This document shows, in pieces, positions 41,219 to 51,788 of a stretch of DNA of 64,000 nucleotides. The position numbers were made by a program, and so were the translations under genes. How positions within the stretch are numbered: position 1 is the first letter of the stretch; every line of letters begins with the position of its first letter. Source of the DNA: Candidatus Cloacimonadales bacterium (GTDB taxonomy: Bacteria > Cloacimonadota > Cloacimonadia > Cloacimonadales > JAFGVF01); NCBI GenBank assembly GCA_963663475.2, contig CAXXJV010000001.1:2784001-2848000 (forward strand), written 5' to 3'. The notes under the pieces were generated by a model. That model was not told the DNA's origin and did no database searches. It saw only the letters and a program-made list of their open reading frames with translations.

Positions 41219-43420
41219 TTATTTCATCAAAATCATTTTTCGAGTTCGAGCTCCTGCAGAATCAACAACTCTATAAAAATAAAATCCGGAAGCTACTCTT
41301 TGATTACTATCATTTCTACCATCCCAGATAAGTTTATGAGTTCCTGAGTCTATAACACCATCTAAGAGAGTTTTAACTTTTTGACCTTTTAGGTTGTATA
41401 TTTCAAGCTTAACATTATCTCTTTTCCTGGTAACAAACTCAATTTGTGTCTCTGGATTAAAAGGATTAGGGTAATTTGTCAAAGTTAGTTCAGGTTTTAC
41501 CACTTCATGTTCATTGTTTTCTGTGGGGAGGAATGGACAAGAGTAAAGGTCAATAGTTTTACAATAGCCTCTTAAACTAGAAGAAAATAACTTGTTATCA
41601 ATTACTTTAAAACTCATTATATCTTCTTCTGCAGTAAAAGAGTAGAGGAGTTCAAGAGATAGATTATCATCATTTTCAGTTATTTGATAAACAGAGTAAT
41701 TGTTTTCATCATCTTCAATTATCAAGTTATCTTCATATATGATAAACATTTGATTATTCGTGACAAAATGCTCTACTACTTCTGGCACTAAGTTGAGAGC
41801 TAATGTAGTCGATTTCAGTACTATCCCATTTTCTGTTTCACAAGTAAATAACATGTAGTTATTCCAATTTGCCGAATGTAAGATGTTAGAATTAAAAGAA
41901 GCATAATAAGCTAACATAAAGTTATTGTCTGTATCATAGTAATTTAGTATATTCTCACCACCATCTTCAGAACTGTATAAAATAGTTACATAATAATCTG
42001 GTGTTTTCATTCTCCCACTATGATTAGCAATAGTTCTAGTCAGTATGGGATTAGTAGCATTTTGAATATTATAAACATCACAACCTTCATTGTTTAAAGT
42101 TATAATAAAGCCATCAACTGCATCACATAATAACATATCACCGGGAATTTGTGATATTGGTTCAGGGTTTGTTGGGGTGTTAGAATAAATATATACGTCA
42201 CGAAAAGTATATGAATAAACGTCATTCAAAATTAAGTTATCATCATCAAATTGTACTCTACTTACGTATGGTACATCTATGGATGACAATAAAGTCTTTT
42301 GTCCATAACTTATGTCATAAATTTCAAAATTATTATATCTTCCCAGATAAAGATAATCATCTTTAACAGTGAATGAGGTGATATAATTGCAATCACCAAC
42401 CATGATTTTTTCTCCAGTATCAATATTGATAATATAATGTTTGTACATTACTGAATTCATTTCATAATATAAGGCATTTAGCATATTACCCGAGCTGTTT
42501 ATCAAATATACAGCCTGATAATCTACTCCATAAAAGTGAGGTCCTAAATATTCCAAACTACCATCCTCATTAATGGAGAACCTTCCATAATTGCAGACAT
42601 CAAGAATACCATTATAATAATGGGATTCACTCAAAGGATGTATACCTGCCCAATATGAAGTCTCTGAAAGTAACTGCATATTCTGATTATCTAAAGAGAC
42701 TATACTTATAATCTCCATAACATGAGAAATTAGCATGTTCTTCTCTTCATCATAGTAAAGAAACCCATTTGGAGAACCATCCCAAGACTCTGCAAAATCT
42801 ATCGTTTCAAGTTCAATAAGATTATATGCTTCAGTTATCTGGTACTTTACAAGAGTATTATAATTATTATCATCACGTCTTTCTACAGTATATAAAGTAT
42901 CAGCCATTATTTTATAAGCATAAGTTTCTAATATTGAATCAAAGACTGTAAAATCATCGCTATTAGCAAAATAGAGTGTTGAAGTATAATTCACACAAGG
43001 ATAATTTGTTCTAATCAGCTCAATGTAAGTCAGATAATTATCATGGGACTGGATAGTTATCATGTTAGAGTTCAAGGGAACATTTCCTATATATTCAGGA
43101 TTAAGAGGATCTTCTAAGGAATAGGATCTATATGAAAGCTCTCCAATATGGCCAGAAGCACTATTAAAAGCCAGAATATCTCCAAAGACTCGTAAATCAT
43201 CACAATTATAGACATTAGATATTTGAGCAATCGCACCATCTGATAAATTATTAATATTATAAATATCTATGCAATCTCCTTTTCCAACATAAACATAATT
43301 GGAGTATTTAGCAACAGATGGATTTACATCAGAATAAGCAAGACGTCTTTCAAACTCTACTTGAGCCATAAGTGAAAGTGCTATAATAGCTAATAATAAT
43401 GTAATCAGAACTTTTTTCAT
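41219..43420 (-). CDS. Secreted LVIVD-repeat/beta-propeller-like protein with FlgD-Ig/T9SS-type CTD
   Basis: Signal peptide, repeats such as YSLEDPLNPEYIG, YSNTPTNPEPI and YNIQNATNPIL, and an NYPNPFNP CTD. Confidence 0.72.
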   Translation of the reverse strand: MKKVLITLLLAIIALSLMAQVEFERRLAYSDVNPSVAKYSNYVYVGKGDCIDIYNINNLSDGAIAQISNVYNCDDLRVFGDILAFNSASGHIGELSYRSYSLEDPLNPEYIGNVPLNSNMITIQSHDNYLTYIELIRTNYPCVNYTSTLYFANSDDFTVFDSILETYAYKIMADTLYTVERRDDNNYNTLVKYQITEAYNLIELETIDFAESWDGSPNGFLYYDEEKNMLISHVMEIISIVSLDNQNMQLLSETSYWAGIHPLSESHYYNGILDVCNYGRFSINEDGSLEYLGPHFYGVDYQAVYLINSSGNMLNALYYEMNSVMYKHYIINIDTGEKIMVGDCNYITSFTVKDDYLYLGRYNNFEIYDISYGQKTLLSSIDVPYVSRVQFDDDNLILNDVYSYTFRDVYIYSNTPTNPEPISQIPGDMLLCDAVDGFIITLNNEGCDVYNIQNATNPILTRTIANHSGRMKTPDYYVTILYSSEDGGENILNYYDTDNNFMLAYYASFNSNILHSANWNNYMLFTCETENGIVLKSTTLALNLVPEVVEHFVTNNQMFIIYEDNLIIEDDENNYSVYQITENDDNLSLELLYSFTAEEDIMSFKVIDNKLFSSSLRGYCKTIDLYSCPFLPTENNEHEVVKPELTLTNYPNPFNPETQIEFVTRKRDNVKLEIYNLKGQKVKTLLDGVIDSGTHKLIWDGRNDSNQRVASGFYFYRVVDSAGARTRKMILMK

Positions 43421-43511
43421 TAATACCTCCTTTTAGGATTTTTAATAGTTTTGAGTTTAGATATTTCCATACCGACAGATAGCTCAGAATGAGCTATCTG
43501 TCTTAGACTAT

Positions 43512-46500
43512 TTATTTTATTAGTATCATCTTCTTTGTCAATGATTTGTTTGAAGTTGTCAGTTTATAGAAATAAATTCCTGATGCAACTTGCTTATCTC
43601 TATTATTAGTGCCATTCCACAAAACAGTATGTTTGCCTTGGTTTAAAGTCTCATTTAATAATGTTTTAATTTTCTGACCTTTTAGGTTGAATATTTCAAG
43701 CTTAACAATATCTTTAGCATTAATCATAAAATCTATCTGGGTTTCAGGATTGAAAGGATTCGGGTAGTTCGCAGATAACACCGTTCTTGGTGAAGACTCT
43801 ACAAAAGTGCTATAATTATCATCATAATCATATTCCTGTTTTTTTAATGCATTAATGCATTCTTTTACAACATCATTATATTTTTGATACATTTTTTTCA
43901 TTGCTAAGTTTATCTCAATATTGTTATCATTATTCTTAGGCAAATCTTTTTCTTGTAATAACTGTATATAAGCCAAATCCATAACATACATAAGAGAATC
44001 ACTTGGTAAAACATTACTATTAAGCTGATCTTGTAACCAATTAATGGCTTCATCGTAAGAACCTAATTTTATATCACAATGAGCGCTTAGATACTCAATA
44101 GTTGAAGCTATATCATTAAATTGAAGATTAGGCGTATTATTATAATAATCTTTGAGAGCCTCTTTATCTTGCTCAAGAGCATACAAATGAACAGACGCAG
44201 GCTTAAGATATGGACTGTCTGGGAATTCAGATATTAGGTACTTTAGATTCTCAATTGATTCATCGATAGCCCCTGAACTTGCTAAATCGAGAGCATTATC
44301 GTACGCTATCCTATCATCAGTACTGTACATTACAGGGGTGGTGTTTCCATCCCACACAGGGACTACATTATAACCAAGTATATTTTGGTTATCATCATAC
44401 TCTTGGTGATAGAGATGGGTATCATTAGGAGTAAGTGGTATTCCTTGTTGTGTTAAGCCCCAATAATTACCTCTTACATCTATATTTCTAAAAGTATTGT
44501 ATGTAGCAATTCTTATAGTTGATGATGTCAGAGGGAAATTTACAGAAATTATTTTATTCTTTCCTTCATACATATCAATAATATTACCCATTTGAAGAAC
44601 CTGTTCATAGCCGTTGTATTTAATCAGAGAACTTTCATCATATATATCGGGATTTGTCCCTGCTTTTATCTTTAAGAAAGACAAACCACTGGTATTAATG
44701 CCCCAAAGATCATTCTCAATTATTTTACATGCTTCTAATGTAGCATTTGAGTTTGCAACATATAATCCCCAATATGAATTATTAGAAAAACGACAGTTTT
44801 TAAATAAATTTCTATTGAAATTACAATTGCTAAAATAGGCTCCAAAACCCTGAATACTATCATTTGTTATAAAATCGGTATCTTGAATATTAAATGACCC
44901 CAGAGCTGTGAAAGAGTTGTCTCCACCAGTAAATTCAGATTGTCCAATAAATAATGAATTACATAAATTAAAGCTTGCAGATTGATTAAAGTTTGAATCT
45001 ATAATATTAACATGACCAAGGTCATTATAATTTACTGAATCGTAAAACTCAACTTCATCGATATTTACACTATTGCATAGATTAAGTGTTACTGATTGAT
45101 TAAAAGTTGTAGCAGTAATATTTAGTTCGTCAACCATATTCACAGAAACTATACCAGTACCACTGAATGTTGTATTCTCAATAGTTACTGTCTCGCAATT
45201 ATCAAATTCGACATTGACATCCTCAAACTCAAAATTTCTCATATCTATACTAGTACCTCTAAATATAACTTTTCCTAAATTATCTAAGTCTTTTGATTTA
45301 AATTTTCCATTAGACAGATGTTCAATAAATTCAATATCGCAATCAATAATAAATTCACTATTGCTATCTAATTCTAAAAAATCTTGGCTAGTACAAACAA
45401 GAAAAGCATTTTTTGCTATATGTACTTTACTATTTTTTGGGACTCTATTTATATCTCTCAATTGGTGTTGCGAATTATGGCAACAATATATATCATTAGA
45501 GACTAGGTAAAATTGAGAAAAATCATTGTTCAGCAATACACGAATAAGTCTATCATTAAATATATCACTTTTTATATAAATATATCCAATATTTAATTTA
45601 TAAAGGTCCTGATTATAAATTGGAGTAGTAAAACTATATATTCCATTATCATTCGTCCGGATTTCTTCTATTGGTTCAAATTGTGTATCAAGAAAATAAA
45701 TAACTGTGTTATCGTCATTGGATGTAGGAAATAAGGATATCGTTTTATTCATCTCATCTAAGACATAATTTAGATTAGCGTCATTAGATGGATAATCTAT
45801 AACATAACTTGGATCACTCATTATGTTATTAGAAAAATAGTTATGAACTTGAAATGCTGGGCCTAGATATTCTTCTGATGAACCTGTTACTTGGTGAGAA
45901 TATCTTTGAGCTTCATAAATTTGAAGACCTATGTGATTTAAGTAATTCTCATTTGATTGATTCCAAAGTTCATCAGTTATACCTATATAAAATCTATTGT
46001 TTATTAAAGTATAAGAAGCAATTGAGTGACCAACAAAACCCACTGTTCCTAGTTGCTTTTTAGTCCATTCCCAAGAACTACTTGTTGCCTCGAAATTACC
46101 AGTTGAACAACATATATCAAAGACAAAAGGAGAAGTATCTGTTTCTGTATTTCTCATATTTTCATAAGTGAAATAACTTATAGGAGGATCAACTAACCAT
46201 CCATTTGTAGAAGAACCATGACCTCGATAAAAGATAGTTCCGAAATCTCCTCCGGATATTGTGGATTTTAAAGCTTCAAATGAATAATCTGTGTAATTAA
46301 TTTGTTCTAAATTTTGTGGATAATCCCAGTTATTAATATTTTGCCATGCTTCGGTAGTATTTTGAATATAAACTAAAGGGTTTTCTTCTGAAAAAGGGTC
46401 AATGTTATTATAACCAGCTACAGTAAGAACGTTATTGGTTTTTGTTTGATATTGATTATGCATATAATGAGAAGCTATTTTGGTCAAATAGTTATCAAGA

Positions 46501-47615
46501 GTATATTGAGCTTCATCATCTTCGAAGGGCAATCTACCAACAATAAGATCATATCCAAACAGCAAAATATTAGTTTGTGCTAATTCATCATATGAAATTA
46601 GCTCATCAAAAGTGAAATTACCATTAGACTTTGAATAAACTCTATCTGTTCTTACATTATTATACATTGTATTAAAAGGTATCAAATCAGCATCTCCTAT
46701 GAGCAGTAAATATAGATGATTGTTAGGAACATTAACAGGATATTCATCATAAATTGCATCTCTATAGTTCTCCCAGTTATTTCCTAAATTCTCGGGTAGT
46801 ACAAAGACCTTAGACTTGGTACCGCTTAAATTTCTCATATTAGCATATTTTTCAGCAAATTCTATATGAGAATTAGTAGTAACGATTAACATATCAAATT
46901 GAGTTTCAGCTATATCTATATCAGGAATATCTAAAAAGTCATAATTGACTATGTATTTTTTATAGCTTTCTTCTAACTCAGGTCTTATATACCGAGGTGG
47001 GAAATCAATAATATTATCATTACTTAGACCTGAGAAATTGTAAGTTATAATTATTTCATTATATATTTTTACTTTTTTTTGAACTGGATTGAATTTAAAT
47101 GGCTTTATGGAAGTATTAACAACCCTTATATCTCGCATAATATAAGGGGATGAACTATGAATTGTTGACAAGGGCCAAATTTCATCAGTTGAGTAACGTT
47201 TATTATTCAAAAAGAATACTGTATCTTCAGCTGATTCAATTTTTATATCTTGAGATGGATAAATCAGCATATCTGAAAATAAAACTGAATCTACCACTGT
47301 ATAACTTACATTCACATCAGCAGTATTAGGAATTCCTATTACTGCTGATAAACCAGGCAATGAAGGAGAACCCTTGCTCGCTATGTTAGCCCAACCAGGC
47401 AATAAAAGATTATCGTATTTAATGTTATCATGTATTACTTCTTCTTTAAAGAAGCCATTCAACTTAATTTTTACAGTTGTTACCTGCTCATTTGAATCAA
47501 GAACAATAATTTCTGGTTCAGTTGACTCTGGACTACCATTAAAACTAATCCATTGTTTAGCATAAGCCAACATTACAAACATTAACATCAAAGTCATCAA
47601 CATAGTCTTTTTCAT
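43512..47615 (-). CDS. Gingipain-like C25 cysteine peptidase with beta-helix, TPR-like segment and CTD
   Basis: C25 propeptide (G.P.LP..IGIP, MRDIRV..PF.FNP), LLIGD, VGRLP, catalytic-like YRGHG and CCSTGNF, and an NYPNPFNP CTD. Confidence 0.82.
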   Translation of the reverse strand: MKKTMLMTLMLMFVMLAYAKQWISFNGSPESTEPEIIVLDSNEQVTTVKIKLNGFFKEEVIHDNIKYDNLLLPGWANIASKGSPSLPGLSAVIGIPNTADVNVSYTVVDSVLFSDMLIYPSQDIKIESAEDTVFFLNNKRYSTDEIWPLSTIHSSSPYIMRDIRVVNTSIKPFKFNPVQKKVKIYNEIIITYNFSGLSNDNIIDFPPRYIRPELEESYKKYIVNYDFLDIPDIDIAETQFDMLIVTTNSHIEFAEKYANMRNLSGTKSKVFVLPENLGNNWENYRDAIYDEYPVNVPNNHLYLLLIGDADLIPFNTMYNNVRTDRVYSKSNGNFTFDELISYDELAQTNILLFGYDLIVGRLPFEDDEAQYTLDNYLTKIASHYMHNQYQTKTNNVLTVAGYNNIDPFSEENPLVYIQNTTEAWQNINNWDYPQNLEQINYTDYSFEALKSTISGGDFGTIFYRGHGSSTNGWLVDPPISYFTYENMRNTETDTSPFVFDICCSTGNFEATSSSWEWTKKQLGTVGFVGHSIASYTLINNRFYIGITDELWNQSNENYLNHIGLQIYEAQRYSHQVTGSSEEYLGPAFQVHNYFSNNIMSDPSYVIDYPSNDANLNYVLDEMNKTISLFPTSNDDNTVIYFLDTQFEPIEEIRTNDNGIYSFTTPIYNQDLYKLNIGYIYIKSDIFNDRLIRVLLNNDFSQFYLVSNDIYCCHNSQHQLRDINRVPKNSKVHIAKNAFLVCTSQDFLELDSNSEFIIDCDIEFIEHLSNGKFKSKDLDNLGKVIFRGTSIDMRNFEFEDVNVEFDNCETVTIENTTFSGTGIVSVNMVDELNITATTFNQSVTLNLCNSVNIDEVEFYDSVNYNDLGHVNIIDSNFNQSASFNLCNSLFIGQSEFTGGDNSFTALGSFNIQDTDFITNDSIQGFGAYFSNCNFNRNLFKNCRFSNNSYWGLYVANSNATLEACKIIENDLWGINTSGLSFLKIKAGTNPDIYDESSLIKYNGYEQVLQMGNIIDMYEGKNKIISVNFPLTSSTIRIATYNTFRNIDVRGNYWGLTQQGIPLTPNDTHLYHQEYDDNQNILGYNVVPVWDGNTTPVMYSTDDRIAYDNALDLASSGAIDESIENLKYLISEFPDSPYLKPASVHLYALEQDKEALKDYYNNTPNLQFNDIASTIEYLSAHCDIKLGSYDEAINWLQDQLNSNVLPSDSLMYVMDLAYIQLLQEKDLPKNNDNNIEINLAMKKMYQKYNDVVKECINALKKQEYDYDDNYSTFVESSPRTVLSANYPNPFNPETQIDFMINAKDIVKLEIFNLKGQKIKTLLNETLNQGKHTVLWNGTNNRDKQVASGIYFYKLTTSNKSLTKKMILIK

Positions 47616-47812
47616 AATTTCTCCTTTTTTTTCTAAATTCTCTTCAATTGTTTAGTTAATCTATAATACAAAAATAATATTTGCTTTTAAGTCTGTCAAT
47701 AGTAATTTACTTTTTTCTAAGTTTTCTTGTATAAAGTATCTGCAATAAAAGGTTTATTCCATTCATGATAAGTTTTTAATTCCACAAAAAGAGGCTATTG
47801 TTGCATAAACGT

Positions 47813-47839
47813 AAAAAGGGACTGATTTCTCAGTCCCTT
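47813..47839 (-). terminator. Intrinsic terminator of ppdK
   Basis: AAGGGACTGA-gaaa-TCAGTCCCTTTTT on the minus strand. Confidence 0.85.
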
Positions 47840-47866
47840 CTATATATTATTTATTTCTTAGAATTA

Positions 47867-50596
47867 TTATCTAGGATTCTTAACAGCAGCTTGAGCAGCA
47901 GCTAATCTAGCGATAGGCACACGGAAAGGTGAACATGAAACATAGTTCATACCAACGCCGTGGCAGAATTCAACAGAAGAAGGTTCTCCACCGTGTTCGC
48001 CACAGATACCAACTTTAAGGTCAGGTCTTGAAGTTCTACCTTTTTCAGTACCCATTTGAACTAATTGACCAACACCAGTTTGATCTAATTTTTGGAATGG
48101 ATCATCTTTTAAGATACCTTTTTCAAGATAGATTGGCAAGAATTTACCAGCATCGTCACGTGAATAACCAAATGTCATTTGAGTTAAATCATTGGTACCA
48201 AATGAGAAGAACTCAGCATGTTTAGCTATAGCATCAGCAGTTAAAGCAGCTCTAGGAATTTCAATCATAGTACCTACCATGAAATCAACCTTAGCGCCTT
48301 TTTCTGCAAAAACAGTTTCAGCAGTTTCTCTGATTATAGTCTCTTGAAGTTGGAATTCTTCAACAGTACCGATAAGAGGAACCATGATTTCAGGATGTAC
48401 ATCAACCCCTTCTTTCTTAACATTAACAGCAGCTTCGATAATAGCTCTAGCTTGCATAGCAGTGATTTCAGGATATGTGTTACCTAAACGACAACCTCTA
48501 TGACCAAGCATTGGGTTAAATTCAGCTAATTCTTCAACTTTAGCTTTAACTTCTTCTACAGAAATGCCCATTTCATCAGCCATAATCTTCTGGTTTTCAT
48601 CCTCATGAGGAACGAACTCATGGAGAGGTGGATCTAACAATCTGATAGTTACACCAAAGCCATCCATAGCTCTGAAAATGCCTTCAAAGTCTTCTCTTTG
48701 ATAAGGAAGAATCTTAGCAAGAGCAACTTCTCTACCAGCTGTATCTTCAGCAAGAATCATTTCACGAACCGCTTTAATTCTTTCGCCTTCGAAGAACATA
48801 TGTTCTGTACGGCAAAGACCAATACCTTGTGCACCAAAGTTACGAGCAACTAGAGCATCATTAGGAGTATCGGCATTAGTTCTCACATACATATTTGAAT
48901 ATTTGTCTGCAATTGTCATTAATTTACCGAATGTACCTGATAATTCAGGATCGATAGTTTTGATTTTGCCACTATAAACTTCACCAGTAGAGCCATTAAG
49001 AGAGATGTAATCATCTTCTTTATATACTTTACCATCAATAGTTAAAGTTCTTTCACGATAGTTGATTTTTAAAGCACCAACACCAGATACACAGCATTTA
49101 CCCATTCCACGAGCCACAACAGCTGCGTGAGATGTCATACCACCGCGAGCAGTTAAGATACCTTCAGCTGAATCCATACCTGATAAATCTTCAGGAGATG
49201 TTTCGATTCTAACTAAGATAATCTTTTCACCAGCAGCATATCTTTTTACAGCTTCGTCTGAGAAGAAACAGATTTTTCCTGTAGCAGCACCAGGAGATGC
49301 AGGTAAACCTTTAGCTAAAGTTTTAGCACTTGCAAGGGCTTCTTTATCAAATACTGGGTGGAGAAGTTCATCTAACTTGTTAGGTTCAACTCTTAATAAA
49401 GCTGTTTTTTCATCAATGAAACCTTCTTCAACCATTTCAACAGCCATTCTTACCATAGCTGCACCAGTTCTTTTACCATTTCTTGTCTGAAGTAACCATA
49501 ATTTACCATCTTGAATGGTAAATTCAAGGTCTTGCATATCTTTATAATGGTTTTCGAGTTTTACTTGAATATCATTTAATTCTTTATAAACGGTAGGCAT
49601 AGTTTCTTCTAAAGAAGGGAATTTAGCTTTTCTATCTTCTTCAGAAACACCAGCTAATTTAGCCCATCTACGTGAACCTTCAAGAGTAATTTCTTGAGGG
49701 GTTCTAACACCAGCAACAACGTCTTCACCTTGAGCATTGATTAAATACTCACCATTGAAGATGTTTTCACCAGTAGCTGCATCACGGGTAAATGCAACAC
49801 CAGTAGCTGAATTTTCACCCATGTTACCATAAACCATAGCCTGTACATTAACAGCTGTTCCCCATTCTCCAGGGATAGAGTTCATTTTTCTATAATAGAT
49901 AGCTCTATCATTATTCCAGCTACCAAAAACAGCAAAAATTGCACCCCATAATTGATCCCAAGGATCGTTAGGGAAGTCTTTACCTGTATTTTCTTTAACA
50001 GCTACTTTGAATTTTGCAACTAGTTCTTTTAAGTCTTCAACTGTTAAATCTAAATCATTATCAATATTTTTTGCTTCTTTAACAGATTCAATGATTTCTT
50101 CAAAAGGATCAATATCTTCTTTTGATTTTGGTTTCATATCCATAACAACGTCGCCATACATTTGGACAAAACGGCGGTAGGAATCCCATGCAAATCTATC
50201 ATTACCTGTTCTTTTAGCAATGCCTTCAACAGCATCATCATTTAATCCTAAGTTTAAAACAGTGTCCATCATACCTGGCATAGAAATTCTTGCACCAGAG
50301 CGAACTGAAAGTAAAAGTGGATTTTCACTTGAGCCAAATTCTGTTCCAAGAATCTTTTCTAAGTTAGCAATAGCTTTTTCAACTTCTGCTTTTAATAACT
50401 CTTTTGATTTTTCTTGGCCAACTTGGTTGTATTCTGTACATACATCAGTTGTGATAGTGAATCCTGGAGGTACTGGAACACCTATCAAGTTCATCTCTGC
50501 TAAGTTAGCACCTTTTCCACCCAATAGGTTTTTCATTGTGCTATTACCTTCTGCTTTTCCATCGCCAAATAAATAAACGCGCTTCATGTCGGACAT
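47867..50596 (-). CDS. ppdK: Pyruvate, phosphate dikinase
   Basis: LLGGKGANLAEM, GGMTSHAAVVARG (phospho-His), GTNDLTQ and CGEHGG motifs. Start moved to the ATG after GGAGG. Confidence 0.98.
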   Translation of the reverse strand: MSDMKRVYLFGDGKAEGNSTMKNLLGGKGANLAEMNLIGVPVPPGFTITTDVCTEYNQVGQEKSKELLKAEVEKAIANLEKILGTEFGSSENPLLLSVRSGARISMPGMMDTVLNLGLNDDAVEGIAKRTGNDRFAWDSYRRFVQMYGDVVMDMKPKSKEDIDPFEEIIESVKEAKNIDNDLDLTVEDLKELVAKFKVAVKENTGKDFPNDPWDQLWGAIFAVFGSWNNDRAIYYRKMNSIPGEWGTAVNVQAMVYGNMGENSATGVAFTRDAATGENIFNGEYLINAQGEDVVAGVRTPQEITLEGSRRWAKLAGVSEEDRKAKFPSLEETMPTVYKELNDIQVKLENHYKDMQDLEFTIQDGKLWLLQTRNGKRTGAAMVRMAVEMVEEGFIDEKTALLRVEPNKLDELLHPVFDKEALASAKTLAKGLPASPGAATGKICFFSDEAVKRYAAGEKIILVRIETSPEDLSGMDSAEGILTARGGMTSHAAVVARGMGKCCVSGVGALKINYRERTLTIDGKVYKEDDYISLNGSTGEVYSGKIKTIDPELSGTFGKLMTIADKYSNMYVRTNADTPNDALVARNFGAQGIGLCRTEHMFFEGERIKAVREMILAEDTAGREVALAKILPYQREDFEGIFRAMDGFGVTIRLLDPPLHEFVPHEDENQKIMADEMGISVEEVKAKVEELAEFNPMLGHRGCRLGNTYPEITAMQARAIIEAAVNVKKEGVDVHPEIMVPLIGTVEEFQLQETIIRETAETVFAEKGAKVDFMVGTMIEIPRAALTADAIAKHAEFFSFGTNDLTQMTFGYSRDDAGKFLPIYLEKGILKDDPFQKLDQTGVGQLVQMGTEKGRTSRPDLKVGICGEHGGEPSSVEFCHGVGMNYVSCSPFRVPIARLAAAQAAVKNPR

Positions 50597-50701
50597 TATT
50601 CCTCCCAATTATTTTAGGTTTATTTTCTTATCTATTAATACTTTATATTCGTATTTTTTCATCTAAACATATCTATTAAAACATGCAAATCTGTCAATAA
50701 T

Positions 50702-51130
50702 TTATTTTATGCCCTTACCCAAATTAAACTTGGCTTTAAAATAGTTTTCCTTAATTTTTTGAGACTGATCTAAGAAATAATCAATACCCTGACTCTTTAT
50801 CAGGCTTAAGTTATATACTTTTAAGTTGTGAGGGTACTTGTCTGCTCCATCTACCAAAGGATGTAGTTTTAAACAAGGGAAATCATTACATTCAAAACAG
50901 TAACGAATATCCTTATCTAAAGCACATTTATAAGTTTCACATTGGCCCTGCATTACTGGACATTTACCCAGATTTGCATTGCATCCGGAGCAAGGTAACT
51001 TATCTTTAGGAATCCCTTGAGCAAGTAAATAATCAAATAGTTGAGGGTTATCTTTACATAGATATAATTCACATACAGAACAGTCTAATCCGCATTTAGC
51101 AACCATTCCTTCTCTTTTGTTCGAATACAT
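50702..51130 (-). CDS. DUF3795-family Cys-rich protein
   Basis: CGLDC..C, C.GC, C..Y.C and C.EC..FPC pattern; start placed after the GGGAG RBS. Confidence 0.8.
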   Translation of the reverse strand: MYSNKREGMVAKCGLDCSVCELYLCKDNPQLFDYLLAQGIPKDKLPCSGCNANLGKCPVMQGQCETYKCALDKDIRYCFECNDFPCLKLHPLVDGADKYPHNLKVYNLSLIKSQGIDYFLDQSQKIKENYFKAKFNLGKGIK

Positions 51131-51183
51131 TTTTCTCTCCCTTAATAACAAAATGATTCACTTGTTTTCTTTTAAATTTTTAA

Positions 51184-51257
51184 CTCGAATGGTGCAGTAG
51201 AGTTTTAGAGAAGAGTGCATCTTCTGCTATTCTCAAAGATCTACAGCATTATTTGAG
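51184..51257 (+). mobile_element. MITE family A copy 4 (74 bp, internal deletion)
   Basis: Both arms are joined; TTTAA on both flanks; termini CTC/GAG. Confidence 0.85.
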
Positions 51258-51414
51258 TTTAACAGTATAGTCTTTTGTAATTGAGTATATTATAGGAAGT
51301 TATTTAATCGAAACAGATATTTGTGTCAAGTTAAATATCTGTTAATATTTTTTTTTCATGCTAAGCTACTTGTAGGATATTCATCCATGAATTAGAGCAG
51401 TTAGGGCAATTTAA

Positions 51415-51456
51415 CCTCAATAGTGCAATTCGCTAAAGCCTACTGCATTACTAGGG
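51415..51456 (+). mobile_element. MITE family A copy 5 (42-bp minimal remnant)
   Basis: CCTCAATAGTGC...CTACTGCATTACTAGGG with TTTAA on both flanks. Confidence 0.65.
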
Positions 51457-51551
51457 TTTAATCATCTTACTACTTAGTGTTTTTAAAAGCAACTCATCTA
51501 GAGATTTCGTGCTTAAAATACACTAATAATTTAAAGAGATTATTTTTTTCC

Positions 51552-51579
51552 TTGACATATAACTCTTCATTACTATTAT
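51552..51579 (+). promoter_or_regulatory. Sigma70-like promoter for the small ORF
   Basis: TTGACA-16 bp-TATTAT. Confidence 0.6.
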
Positions 51580-51624
51580 TATACCATAAGTATAGTTGAT
51601 GATATTTAAAGTAAAGGAGATAGT

Positions 51625-51765
51625 ATGTTTTTAGCTTTTATGAGATGGAAACAAAGACTCTTTTTTGCAGTAACAGAATTGTTTATCTCAAAAAAGAAGA
51701 ACTGTGAAATTTACTACGACGAAGATTTACAGCGATATCGGGAAGAACAGCATATCTGGTATTAA
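51625..51765 (+). CDS. Small hypothetical protein, 46 aa (not in ORF track)
   Basis: MFLAFMRWKQRLFFAVTELFISKKKNCEIYYDEDLQRYREEQHIWY, with an AAGGAGA RBS and an upstream promoter. Confidence 0.55.
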   Translation: MFLAFMRWKQRLFFAVTELFISKKKNCEIYYDEDLQRYREEQHIWY

Positions 51766-51788
51766 ACTTAATACTAATGTAGCTATAA

